64,000 nt of DNA from contig OZ286472.1 of assembly GCA_965644265.1 (NCBI GenBank), positions 43,400,001 to 43,464,000 of the forward strand, in the 5' to 3' direction. Under the pieces are notes generated by a model. It worked only from the letters and a program-made list of their open reading frames with translations, made no database searches and had not been told where the DNA came from. The position numbers were made by a program, and so were the translations under genes. Positions within the stretch are counted from its first letter, which is position 1, and each line of letters starts with the position of its first letter. This document shows positions 28,500 through 41,982 of the stretch, piece after piece. This stretch comes from Glycera tridactyla. Lineage: Eukaryota.

Positions 28500-28950
28500 T
28501 CTACGCATAAAATACAAGAGCCACTCATTCTTCCTCATTGTTGTAACTACCCGTCAGATGTGGTTTGTCATACCGAAAGTAAACGTGTCTTTCTCCCAAA
28601 ATAGATCAAGCACTGAGCACAAATTTGAACTGCAACTCATACATGGAACTCCTCCTACAGTCTTCAACAGAGTCAGTACTGTACCATCCAAGGCTGCTTG
28701 ATCTTACGTAGTGACAATGATTCTGAAGTACATAGGCGATGACTTGAATACTTCCCGGAAGAGGTTCAATATTTTGAAATCTGGACGGACCTGGCAATGA
28801 ATATATAGCCGAACCTTAATTGAGCAAGCACCACCAGAAAGTCAAAAGAATGTTTGCTGCAAACGCATAGATGTTCATCAAAGGTCAGACATAGAGAAAA
28901 TTCTTCAGTGATAAATTCAGAAGTGGCTTCCTGTTGCTGTCGATTGTTGC
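28500..28950 (-). mobile_element. Degraded LINE RT C-terminal fragment
   Basis: LCLTFDEHLCVCSK...LAQLR (LTF..HI...K...L.KLR) in ORF 28766-28954; HYVRSSSLGWYS in ORF 28606-28797. Confidence 0.4.
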
Positions 28951-29275
28951 TCAATACTGGTTAAACCGTTCTTATTGGATCGTGACATCAAGCTACGAGG
29001 CACTGCATCCATATAGGTCAAAGGCACGACTGAATTCGACACACCCTAGGCACCCAAGTCCAATCTGAACTGAAAGTCAACTTCGCAATACCCACACCCG
29101 CTGACTGCAGTACAAGGACTGAGTTACCTCTGTGATGCAAGATATGATGTGAAATATGGAATGAAGTCTGAATACTCACTCCATCCATCCCTTTATTGCC
29201 TTGTATGTATCTGTGTTATCTTGTTGTGTGTCTTGTATGTCACTGTGATGTATTGTTTATTTGTCCTATGAATAC

Positions 29276-31500
29276 CTAATGACCTGTAAATATGTATATT
29301 ATTATACATCCCTGTATATATGTAATATAAATGTGTTTATGTTTTCCGACTGATATTTTGTATATATTATTTGTATTCTTGTTTATGCTCTCGAGTTGGT
29401 TTTCAAACCTCCCCCTATCACTTTGAAAATACATGTGAAGACGCCGTCCACGTTTTATCTGGTGGATATTCTGTGGGATGTTGTACGTTGCGGTAGCCAT
29501 TTTCAATTTACTCGCATGGATGTTCTCTTGATGCATTAAGACGTCCCTTTCAACAGTTGCACGTATGTTTAAGGGTTGAAGATTACTCATAGTGACGGGT
29601 GCCAGAGGCATCAAGGGGATAAAGGACGTAAAGCAGATATATGTTGCAGACGCATTCACATCCACCTCACATATCATCGCTCACTGTGCAAAGATCCTCG
29701 CCTAGTATCGCCCACTTGCCTGGCATCATCAATCGTTCAAATGCCTGACATTTTCTCAATTGTTCGAGCCAACCGTGTAAGGATGGTGATAAACTCTGAG
29801 ATCACAATCGATAATGGATATTATGACTTATTTGGATGATCTGGTGGGGGAGTTAGATCCATTCTGGTGTGATCGGCGCTAAGGAAAACCGATACCTAAC
29901 CAATATTAGGAAACCAACACTAAACCTAACTACCTAAATATAAGTCAGGTCTGGTTTCCGGTTTTCTCTTATCTTGCATGAAACAAACAACCAGACTGTC
30001 TAATACCGTATCAGATCACATTCATCGAAACTGCATATCGGTTTTCCATTGCAAGAGCTCATCTCTGCCAATTTATGTCCTATTTGACACTTTCACAATC
30101 AGACAAATGATCACATGTTTGCGAATTGATATATGCTTGAGAATACGGGTTGATGAAACAAGCTTCATCGTTGGAAGTTGTGTCTGGTTTCCGGGTTCGC
30201 CTGGCTGGTTTTCTCTAATCAGGCATGAAACAAACCACGGAGCTGTCTGATTTCATCCAATACAAGGTGGTGATACACAGCGAACCCTCTCATCTCTCCA
30301 ATACAATCAACTCTTCCTAGCTTGGAAGGACCACTCTCTCAATATCTTGTAACGCCTCCGTCATAGAACGACATGCTGGCAACCTCAACCCAATATCATT
30401 GTTGCATACACAATTCCGATTGTTCTCATCTGGACATCGATAGTGTGGACTAGCACCCCAACAATATAGTATTTGAGTATTCATCCGATTTATCATCCGA
30501 TATATTAATTGTAAATTCGATCCATCGATCCATCCATCCATCCATCCATCCATCCATTCGTCCATTCGTCCATCCATTCGTCCATTCATTGATTCATCCA
30601 TCGAAAAAGAAAAAAATATTTCTTGACACTTGCTACTTCGATCGGTTTATTGATCGATTGATTGATAGATATAAAGATATGTTTTTTGAATAATTGTATA
30701 GCATCGTCGCTCTCACCATGAGTTCTGCCTACTGCCTGTGTGAGAGAAAAAAGCCGACCTGTGACAAAAATGCTCCTCACAATCCTCAACGCCTCACAAT
30801 CTGACAGCATCTCTCAAGCTTGATTTCCTGTGAGACATTTCAATATCACGTGGCTGACATTCGGCTGCAGGACACGGACACCGCAATCTCAACCATCAAT
30901 CATATTTCATCCGTATATGTAACAGAACGATGAAATGGACGTCTAAATAAATCATCTCGATTTTTCAAACACAAACGTCAATAACTTCGTAGAATTGTCT
31001 CGCCGTCTGGTGTTTCAAAGGTTATGTTTTCCGTTTCAGTACATGTCAAGTGACATTTTCCATATCCAATACTCAGTGATACCCTATAGCCGAAAGCATG
31101 GCCTATGACAATTCACCAGCAAACTTTATAATTTCATCGATGCCATGATGAGCACCGGGGTGCTGTCCATATGCCAACCATGGTGCGAAGTGTATGTGTG
31201 CCTCGTAGGAGAGATAACATCTTTCTTATATTATTCTGTATTGGGTGTCAAAGATATTCCAGAGGTCGAAGATCACAGGCATTATGTAAGTCTGCTGTTC
31301 AAAGCTTGGTTGGGGTACTGCAAGATTGGTTTCTGTGCTGGTGTCATTGGTGGCAGTGGTTGGGGTCGGCTGCTGCTGTTTCTGGTTCTAATGATGTTCA
31401 CTGTTACCTGCAGTCGTCTGCTATCAAATGGAAGCGTATATTCGGCTGTACAAATGTTGTTTATATCCTCGTCACGGCACCGTGGGCTATATTGAGGCGA
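29276..31500 (-). mobile_element. Degraded LINE RT remnants interrupted by simple repeats
   Basis: VIFDLWNIFDTQYRII*ER (31225-31280; cf. VFLDLSKAFDTV.HRILLEK), VTYTDEI (~30905-30925, YADD-like), C-terminal-like ORF 29276-29677. Confidence 0.45.
30520..30602. repeat. (CATC/CGTC)n microsatellite
   Basis: Visible ccatccat tract. Confidence 0.9.
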
Positions 31501-32444
31501 CCACACAATGGGATCTCACTGAGATGGGTCAAAAATGCTTCTCCTGGGTCTCAATCAGGAGGTCAACAACATGCATGGAATGCCCAGATGCCAGTGAATC
31601 TCACTCACCAGGTTGAAGATATCAATCAAGCAGAAATGAAAGTGCACATAACACCTATTTATGCAATCGTATACACAAATGCACGTGTGTATGGAGGACG
31701 TGAATATCTGTGTACACGTGTTCATGTATGTGTATGGGTATCAAGATTCATCAAGCACACCTGAGAGACAAATAATCAACATTCAGGTCACATCAACCAT
31801 CTCTGCGATGAATTGGAATGTCGAGACGAGTACGCATGCGTAACAGCCTATCCATCGTGATGTCTCCCAGAAGAGCAAGCTAGTCACGTGATCCCTTTGA
31901 CGAACAAATAAGGATGTAATTCAGTGCAATTGCTGAAGAAGTTGGCGGTGATTACTGCTTGGCAAACATGTTCCTAACTCATTCACCCCTACAACTGTTG
32001 CAGCACACTCTTAACATTTCACAGAGAAGCAGTGGGAGTACAATCTTCAATCCCAAACTGGCCAAAGCATTCGAAATGTATCTCACACTAGAATGACCTT
32101 CAGTCGTAAGCCTTTATCACATGAAATGACAGCTAAGAACGTGATATCGATAGGAAGTGGCCTTATGACCACCATGTGATGAAGAAATCCGTATCACAGG
32201 CTCAGGTTATACAGATTCAGATTCCATCCTAGCTATCTGCGCATGCGGCGTCGCCGCGGAAACGACGCCCAAACGGCGACGCCGCCCGCCTCCCGATAGC
32301 GCATGACGCTTTGTTTCAATCGTCATGACATGGCAATTTGACGATTAACTGGTGGAATTTAGTAGGAATTCACATAATTGGCACGTTAATCGCATGTTTA
32401 GTGTTGAAGCGGTAGATTCATGCGATAAAAACAGAACGACATGT

Positions 32445-35400
32445 GTATCTGTTCATTTATCGCGACGCCAAGGAGCGTGCCTCACTAACAGAAGTTAGTC
32501 TCTGTCATGAGATCATAATACGTTTTAGGATCAGTCACAATATTTTTCTCCATTCATGAATGGTATTCAGCGTGGCTTATTGAAGTTAGCATCCGAACCC
32601 GTCGTATCGCTCCGTCATAATTTCTCGATTTTGTTGTTTTCAACTGAGTCACAGATTATGATTCACAACATTCTCCTTGCTATCGAAATTGAGAAATTAG
32701 ACTGCATTGAATGGATATGAATATCAATTCGGCATCAAGTTCCTACAAAACTACTAATTCGAATCATGAGGCTTTGTTCTGACTTATCGACATTTCCTGA
32801 TAAGTAACTTGTTGGACAGATACCTGGCTTAAACCTGGGATGATGAGGTTAGGACAGACTCAAGATAGTAACCCAAGGGCCCAGTATTAGGACATCAATT
32901 CGAGTGATACGGCAGGTCTGCTTGTTCATAAGCCCGCCCGCGGGAATGATATCATAATTTGTAATACTTTTTATTCTTGATTACAGTTTCTTGATCTCAT
33001 TCCTGATTACAGTATCTGATAAAAAGATCAATTTGAGCGATTGTTATAGCGCCATTTGTGCCGGTAGCTGACACAATTGCTGTTAATGGATCACTCAGAG
33101 AAGATGTGACTGGAATCAGCCGCTTCCGTGAACAATCTCTAATCTTCGATCTTTAATCTTGAAAGCTCAGTTAAAAGCAAAGCATGACTTCAATTATCAT
33201 CGATAGAGAATAAAATTACGGCTAAAACCCGCTATTAGTGAATAAATCAGGCCTGAATCAAGCCAGTATCACTGCCACCCATGAGTTGCACGTCGTTCAT
33301 ACTTCAGGCTTGTCACTCATCGCATGTAAATTGTCGGATATCCTACTAAACTTCCGGGAAATTTCATCAAGTTGCTTCGCTCGAGTTCCGCCCTTACATC
33401 TCGCTGGAGGTGCGTAATAAAGAGCCGTGTCCCTCGTCTATCACCAATAAGAAAAGAATGCTTATTTTCCTTGTCAGTGTGGCACATAAGCCGTATTTGA
33501 CATCCGCTTATTCACCCTTTCATTGCCAAATCCGTAGGACAGCTGAACTTGTACCGCATATGGGTCCTCATACACGGAAGGCCTATACCCTCTACAACAT
33601 ATGAGGTCTATTTAGTCTCTCGACTGAGGGTTTGAATATTCGATGACTTGGAGTACCGGTGTCTGCCGTGGAAGACCATTCAATTAGTTATTAGCATATT
33701 TTCAACAGATATATCATTAGCAACTAGCAATGAATTGAACGTTGTTGATTGTCATAGAGGACACAACTAAGAAATAGAGGTGTGTCAATTAAATATCGAC
33801 CCCTCGGTGAAAAGAAATGAGATATCATGTCCCTCGGTGTGTTTTGTTCCAGTGGACAGGGAGGCATCACCAAGCAGACAAGCAACATGACCGTATATTG
33901 TACAGTACCGCTACTTCCACCGGATGGCAGATTCAATTGTCTTAGTGGAAAAACCAGCATATCGATCGAGGCATGACAGTCCAATCCATTCATCACTCAT
34001 TTGCCGTCGACCACAAATCAATATGGTTAGCCAACAGTGGGTTTGACTAGTCCAATACCCGGTCTTCCGTGTGTCAATGAAAGTATCTGTTCATTTATCG
34101 CGACGCCAAGGAGCGTGCGTCACTAACAGAAGTTAGTCTCTGTCATGAGATCATAATACGCTCTAGGATCAGTCACAATATTGTTCTCCATTCATGAATG
34201 GTATTCAGCGTGGCATATTGAAGTTAGCATCCGAACCCGTCGTATCCCTCCGTAATAATTTCTCGATTTTGTTGTTTTCAACTGAGTCACAGATTATGAT
34301 TCACAACATTTTCCTTGCTATCGAAATTGAGAAATTAGACTGCATTGAATGGATATGGATATCAATTCGGCATCAAGTTCCTACAAAACTACTAATTCGA
34401 ATCATGAGGCTTTGTTCTGACTTATCGACATTTCCTGATAAGTAACTTGTTGGACAGATACCTGGCTTAAACCTGAGATGATGAGGTTAGGACAGACTCA
34501 AGATAGTAACCCAAGGTCCCAGTATTAGGACATCAATTCGAGTGATACGGCAGGTCTGCTTGTTCATAAGCCCGCCCGAGGGAATGATATCATAATTTGT
34601 AATACTTTTTGTTCTTGATTACAGTTTCTTGATCTCATTCCTGATTACAGTATCTGATAAAAAGATCAATTTGAGCGATTGTTATAGCGCCATTTATGCC
34701 GGTAGCTGACACAATTGCTGTTAATGGATCACTCAGAGAAGATGTGACTGGAATCAGCCGCTTCCGTAAACAATCTCTAATCTTCGATCTTTAATCTTGA
34801 AAGCTCAGTTAAAAGCAAAGCATGACTTCAATTATCATCGATAGAGAATAAAATTACGGCTAAAACCCGCTATTAGTGAATAAATCAGGCCTGAATCAAG
34901 CCAGTATCACTGCCACCCATGAGTTGCACGTCGTTCATACTTCAGGCTTGTCACTCATCGCATGTAAATTGTCGGATATCCTACTAAACTTACGGGAAAT
35001 TTCATCAAGTTGCTTCGCTCGAGTTCTGCCCTTACATCTCGCTGGAGGTGCGTAATAAAGAGCCGTGTCCCTCGTCTATCACCAATAAGAAAAGAATGCT
35101 TATTTTCCTTGTCAGTGTGGCACAAAAGCCGTATTTGACATCCGCTTATTCACCCTTTCATTGCCAAATCCGTAGGACAGCTGAACTTGTACCGCAGATG
35201 GGTCCTCATACATGGAAGGCCTATACCCTCTACAACACATGAGGTCTATTTAGTCTCTCGACTGAGGGTTTGAATATTCGATGACTTGGAGTACCAGTGT
35301 CTGCCGTGGAAGACCATTCAATTAGTTATTAGCATATTTTCAACAGATATATCATTAGCAACTAGCAATGAATTGAACGTTGTTGATTGTCATAGAGGAC

Positions 35401-35720
35401 ACAACTAAGAAATAGAGGTGTGTCAATTAAATATCGACCCCTCGGTGAAAAGAAATGAGATATCATGTCCCTAGGTGTGTTTTGTTTCAGTGGACAGGGC
35501 GGATTCACCAAGCAGACAAGCAACATGACCATATATTGTACAGTACCGCTACTTCCACCGGATGGCAGATTCAATTGTCTTAGTGGAAAAACCAGCATAT
35601 CGATCGAGGCATGACAGTCCAATCCATTCATCACTCATTTGCCGTCGACCACAAATCAATATGGTTAGCCAACAGTGGGTTTGACTAGTCCAATACCCGG
35701 TCTTCCGTGTGTCAATGAAA
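32445..35720. repeat. Head-to-tail tandem duplication, 2 x 1638 bp (32445-34082, 34083-35720)
   Basis: Both units start gtatctgttcatttatcgcgacgccaagg and end gtgtcaatgaaa; ORFs recur at +1638 (33410/35048, 33724/35362). About 27 substitutions seen by eye (~98% identity), no indels noticed. Confidence 0.97.
33724..33996 (-). mobile_element. Degraded LINE RT core fragment inside the duplicated unit (second copy 35362-35634)
   Basis: GLDCHASIDMLVFPLRQLNLPS...(frameshift) CLLGDASLS parallels GVPQGSILGPLLF...INDLP...LFADDTSL. Confidence 0.35.
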
Positions 35721-36643
35721 TTATCTCAGATACAAGTGGCGACGATATTGCCAGTAACCAGTGTGTTGACGGCGGTGACTGATTGAATTGAGCAATATGA
35801 TATGGGTCATGGCCCGGCTAACTATGCATAGTCAGGAGCTGTAGTTAGTGGTGTCAGTTAAGTAAGGCTAGTCTCGAGTGGTCAATAGAGTGAAACTCAA
35901 ACCCCACCAATACAGTGCCCAGATATAATTGCTTAATCAATAGTTCACAGCATTATTCTCCACGCTGTGAAGAACTGCATGTTTCCCTTCAATTCTGGTC
36001 TAACACATACACACACGCATGCGTCCACATGGAACCCATCATCTGTAATGGGAGATCCATTTCATTACACCCGTGACTTGGGATAAATAATTGAGAACAA
36101 AGATAGGGATTGCCAGTTCTAACCACGAGAACACCACGAGAGTACAGTCATGATTATAATTCGAAGACCATCTTCCATAAATGTCATATGCTCCTCAATG
36201 AATAAGACGACGACGNNNNNNNNNNNNNNNNNNNNNNNNNNNNNNNNNNNNNNNNNNNNNNNNNNNNNNNNNNNNNNNNNNNNNNNNNNNNNNNNNNNNN
36301 NNNNNNNNNNNNNNNNNNNNNNNNNNNNNNNNNNNNNNNNNNNNNNNTGAAAGTAGTGGATAGTAGGGCATCGTTGACATCGACAAATGGTCGAATGAGT
36401 ATGGGAATGGGAGTCACTCTATGTGGATGGACAGGTAAGCCTAGCTGCCGTAATGGCTGTCATGATTGATGGAGCTCACATTACAGATGTTTTTATCAAT
36501 TATATAGATGGGGTCATGTTGTGCATGCCTCTTGTCATTATGTAATGATGGTGCCGCCCATCGACGATGTATTCCTCTGCCTTAGTTGATACGGCAGATT
36601 TCGCTGTTGCCAGCACAACCACCACTTCTGCAATCACCACCAT

Positions 36644-36645
<2 letters not shown>

Positions 36646-36698
<53 letters not shown>
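36646..36698. repeat. (CTA)17 trinucleotide microsatellite
   Basis: Perfect cta repeats; source of the spurious poly-L/poly-S ORFs. Confidence 0.97.
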
Positions 36699-39219
36699 GC
36701 CGATGATAATGATGATGAAAAAAATAAATGATGACACTACTGATATTACTGATAATAACACTGCAATCGCTGATTCTATCACCGAGTAGGTCCTTTATGA
36801 TTCATACAGACTTTCACTGATCAAAAGCAGGGGTGATCACGGTGGTGGCAGTAGAATTATATATGTTTGTGATCACTTCATATATCACGAACAACAACAA
36901 TTGGGTTATCGGTTTGCACATGGCACTGTACGATGACCATCACTGTCTATTCCCGTGCTCCTATGTACACACGTGAAGGGCGGTTAGTTGAGCATGGGTT
37001 CCCGTTCATTCAATTTCATACCGACCTACATCTTATGTACGATCACTATCTGTCTGTCTGTCTGTGCTCATGGTTGTCTGACGGTCTGCCTGTTCGTCAG
37101 TCTTTTCGTGTCCCTGTCTGCCTGTCTTCTTGTCTGTTTGTGTGCCTGTCTGTGAATGCTATCTTCACGATTTCTTGATCCTAACTATACATTCGGTAAT
37201 TCCCCTGCCACCGCCCTTTCATTATATATCCATGCTACCGCCTACCTATCCGGCAATATATATATAAACAAACTGTAGACTGACGGCAGCTAGTGTGCCT
37301 TCCCCCTGCCCCCCCCCCCCCTCTATCAATATGCAATTCAGACGTCTGCCCTCTTCATTCACTCTGTGCCGCTAAATCTTTCTGTTTATGAGGTTCCCGT
37401 ATTGCTACACTCTCATCCCTCCTTGTACTAATCCATGCGATAGTACTATATCGCGTCGATGTCATCTATCATGTGTCAGGTTTGCCACAGGATGTTGATT
37501 GCTATCCTGTTGTATTAAGCGTCATCCAGCCATCATCAAACAGATAAAATAATTGGATCACAATCAATACTTTCTGAATAATCAATCAATATTATGGACC
37601 ACAGCTCAACGTGGCACACGATACTGACTATCTCTGAACATTCATTATGCTCTGCAGTCACAAAAATGGAGGAGCACATATGATATTTATGAACGGCACC
37701 ATTTTCCCAGTGATCCCTACGGCAGACGAATGTAACATTACTTTTGAGATGTCGAGTAGATCTTTTTTGATCGATTGCACGATTTATCAATCACATGGAG
37801 CCGTTTACATGCCATTCAGAGCGGGATGGCTACAGCTTTTCAGGGCACATACACCAGTTCTTAGTATTGCCTTACTTTTAGAGGGTGACAAGTGTCCGTA
37901 TGTCAGTCTCTCTGTCTGTCTGCCTGTCCATGGGTCTTTGTGTGTCTGCATGTCTGTCTGTCTGGGTCAGTGTGCGGTTATGTCTGACTGTCTGTCTGTG
38001 TACAATGGGTGCAAGTATTACATCATCTGCCAAAAACTACAGCTGATTCAGGATTACTCGCCCAGTGCACCACATAATTCCACATATGAACTCGTATCAT
38101 TTTCTTCTCCAATATCATGCCATCCCTTAAGCATGTATGAGGCAGTTTCAGACAAATTTGCCATATCCTCGAAAGTTTACATGATCATTTCTAAGGCTGT
38201 ATAGATTCAATTTCCTGAGAGAAAAAGTCGGGTCACCATGCTCGTTTCGCAGCGGTAGCTATTTCTATAAGGCTTCATGAATCTTTTATTGTAAAAATGT
38301 ATTGAAATAAACAATACGTTTCCGTTTTCACAAGGAAATAGACATTACAGAAAAATAATGAGAAATCATACATCAGTTACGAGTATTGTATCATCTCCAA
38401 GAACCTGCAGCCGGCAAAAGTTTACTCTTGCGGTGCACCCCACCATCCCAATGTTTTTGATTCAAATATTATGTAATCTCTTTATCGGCTCATTGTCATT
38501 GGCAAAAGCTCCTCGCACAGAGCAAGCATTCATCGGAGATCAACGAAATTATATATACTCAGTGTAAAAGCGCACCGACAAACTCCACTGATATTGAAAC
38601 TACAGCCACTATTCAAAATACCATGGCAATACACGCACCACACATTTTTTGCAAGCAGAATCAAAACACTCCGAGAATATAGTGACACTAACGAAATATA
38701 TACAGGATATTGCAATCCTACTTGTGATTCGGTAAAATATGTCTATCAGGAGAATGCATGAAAATCAGGATGACGTTCATTCATGGCCCCATGTTTCTTC
38801 ACCTCTGGTAAAGAAAATAATTTAACCATACAAATATGCAATCGATCAAAGCATCATCAGTCCACCATCCATCCTGCAACTATTTATNNNNNNNNNNNNN
38901 NNNNNNNNNNNNNNNNNNNNNNNNNNNNNNNNNNNNNNNNNNNNNNNNNNNNNNNNNNNNNNNNNNNNNNNNNNNNNNNNNNNNNNNNNNNNNNNNNNNN
39001 NNNNNNNNNNNNNNNNNNNNNNTCCGTCTACAATGAGTGTTACATGAGTATTACATAATCTCACAAACACTGCAACAGACATCGGGTTACCCTCGCAGTG
39101 CATCTCACTATCATTGCTTTTCTCCTTTGATAGATGTGATCTGTCCATTAGTGTGGGATCAATTGCAAAGGCTGCCCGCGCGGGCAGCACACATACATTG
39201 AGGCAGGGTAGTCCAGTGT

Positions 39220-39317
39220 CTGAGGGGGGTTCTGTGTGTAAAAAATGCCCCCTACGTTTGACTTCAGTTTTATGAACTGAACCAGTTGGGATGACAAAAA
39301 AGTGAAGGTAGACTTTT
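39220..39317 (+). repeat. Left TIR
   Basis: ctgaggggggttctgtgtgtaaaaaatgccccctacgtttgacttcagttttatgaactgaaccagttgggatgacaaaaaagtgaaggtagactttt; reverse complement matches 41935-42033 with ~3 substitutions and 1 indel. Confidence 0.95.
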
Positions 39318-40003
39318 TCTACCCCGGCACCAACTGAGAAAATGACGTTGTAACTCAGAACCACCATATCACCAATTCCGATTTACCTATATTACAATTA
39401 CGTGTAATAAATACAAAATATCCAACACTAGAAATCTCCTTCTGATATTTTCTGATGGTTTGGTAATGGTAAATGATATTTCAGCATGATTTATGATCAT
39501 AGATATTGATTTGGGCCACATGGCGCTCATTCTCGACCTAAATTTGTCTCCAAATCGCTGTTGATTCAGAAATAGCTATAAGTTTGATTTCTCCTCTACC
39601 ATTTATCATTATGACCAGAACAGCGCGACTTCACCAAAAACTTCCTAATTATATTCCCCTAGCAGATCAATTTTAATTTTCATGTCACCTGGGTCACAAT
39701 CCCATCAATAAAGATTTTTGTGAGTGAAAGTCAACCCCACCCCCCAAAAGCTGTGTTTTTTAGTATTTCATGAAATGGCTATATCTCTGGGAGTAAATGA
39801 CTTAGAAAGTTCATTTTCATGTCTATACCTAGGTTTATGGACACAGTGAATTGATTGGAACCAATATTCTTGTTATTGGAGTGTTTGATCCTTCTGAAAG
39901 TGCTGATCTACTCTGAAAAGAAACAAATTGTACCTATGAAACATGAATGTTCACTGAACAACTGTATCAATTATATATGTTGCAGGTAATATAAGCTGGT
40001 GAA

Positions 40004-41982
40004 ATGGAATCTAAGACAGTCAAGCTAGTTGAAGATAGTGGTGGAGGTCATGGTGAACCAGCTAAAGTAGAGACTGAGCTATGCATAATTTGCCAACAAG
40101 ATTCCACTCCTATCCCATCTAGTTCTGAGAAAGGATGTAAGCGTGTTCGTGAAGCAGCAGAAGTTAGAGAAGATATTGTGCAGAAACGAATCAAGTTACT
40201 TGGATCAGACACATTTGTTCATCATATGACAAATAAGTGTTACAAAACATTTGTAATGCAGAAATCGCTTGATGCCATACAAAAAGAACGAAAATCAGCC
40301 GATACCTCAGTGTCTTCCCCAACAGAATCAACCCATAGAGCATGTGGGGATGAATCAAGCTTTTGTCCCGCACCTTCACAGAAATCAGATGCATTCAAAC
40401 AGCCCACTGTTATATGTGGCCATATCAAACATCAGGGTGTCAATGCCAAATTCAGAATGTCTGAATCTGAAAGAGCTAAATCCTTTCTTCAAGCGTCAAT
40501 GTACTTCAAGGATGAGACATATCGAAGAACATGTGACTTACAGGACACCCATGCAGTGTTCGGTGCTGATCTGTATTGTCATAAACTTGCATTAGAAACT
40601 ATTTGTCAGTGTATGACCGTGCTAATGCCATTGATCAACAGAGTCATGATGAGGGAACTAAACTCAAAATATGGTCTGATGTCGCAGCTGAAATCCTTCC
40701 AGGACTGAATCTAGGTGAGGGATATGAGCTGAGTGTGATAAGGGACCGCTTTAATGAGATGCTGCCAACTAGTATATCTGTGAATAATAGGGAGGTGAAA
40801 GTATTGCTTCATAAACAATTTGAAGACAATACTACTTTCTCAATTCCAGAGTCAGCCAATAAATCTGTTATGGTGTTTGGTCGCTGTTGTAGTCCTGAAG
40901 AGATGGCTGAAACCATACGTTCCATGGACCCATCACAAATATGTGCTGAAAATTTCAGACAATTATTGCAGGAGTTTGATTTTGGATTAAAGGACAGATT
41001 TTGTGATTCGTTTTATTTTGAATATGCATGGCAGAATATGGCTATTCCAGATGAAATTCTGAAATTCTTCAGTATACTGTTCAATTTTGAAGTGGTAGCG
41101 TATCATTCCATGGAGGATGTTGATTCTTTAGATGAGGGTGAAGACAGTTCTCATCCAACTGAGCCATCTAACACAATGCCTCGAGCCAAATATAGACAGA
41201 TTCGAGCATTATTTCAAATCATGTTCTATATTATGCACCATGGCCGGAAAAGGACCCCTCTTCATATTATGAATGGTCAAATGATATATGACACTTGCAG
41301 GAGTAAAACTCTCATCACAGCCTTGAATCAGCTTGGCCTGAGCTGTAGTTATGAAGAAGTGATGAGGCATCGAAATGATGTGGCGAATTACACTGTAGGA
41401 ACTGGTGATGGTAAAGTGCCATTACCCAGTCATTTTGATCCTGGAATGTTCACTCATGCAGCCATTGACAATTTTGATCATGAGGAAGCGACACTGTCTG
41501 GTATAGGGGGTAGCCATAACACTGTTACAGTACTTTTTCAAGAGGAGGCAGCAGAGAGAAGGGGCAAACCTAAAATTTCAGATACAAATGTTTCCCATGG
41601 ATCAAAGACATTTGACATTGACTTACCATTCCAGATGCTGAAACCATTCCACAAACCTGCAAAACACCCTAATCTTCCAGATGATTACTCAGTTCCGAAT
41701 GGCTTATATGAGATGGACAGAGTTGAACATGATGCCATAACTAAGAAAGACATGGTATGGTCACTAGCTCGTCTAGATTTGTGTGAGACCAATGCTAATG
41801 TCCAGTCTATGCAGCCGAATCAAAGGATGCCATCATGGAGTGGCAGTAACTCAGTTTGGACACATGAGACTTTGCCACAAAAGACAGTAGGCTTTCTTCC
41901 ATTAATTCCCAACCCTGTGACTGAGTGCACCAGGAAAAGTCTACCTTCACTTTTTTGTCATCCCAACTGGTCTAGTTCATAA
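40004..41982 (+). pseudogene. Frameshifted, C-terminally truncated transposase (Academ-like N-terminal half, ~660 aa if repaired)
   Basis: ORFs 40004-40708 and 40603-41982 join through a 1-nt deletion at ~40586-40588 (cat aaa ct tgc att aga aac tat ttg = HKxCIRNYL). Two CxxC...H..C modules (CIICQ..HMTNKCY; TVICGH..YCHKxC), then KRTPLHI..RSKTLITALNQLGLSCSYEEV, AAIDNFDHEEATLSGIGGSHNT, WSG..VGFLPLIPNPVTEC. The frame then runs into the right TIR. Candidate splice acceptor ttgcag at 39981-39986 just upstream of the ATG. Confidence 0.85.

Noticed and set aside
39171-39188. Perfect 18-bp GC palindrome gctgcccgcgcgggcagc near the transposon left end
   Set aside because: Lies inside the LINE relic frame (LPARAA), has no CTRR at Helitron spacing, and an 18-bp palindrome in 64 kb has a chance expectation of about 0.24 under uniform composition.
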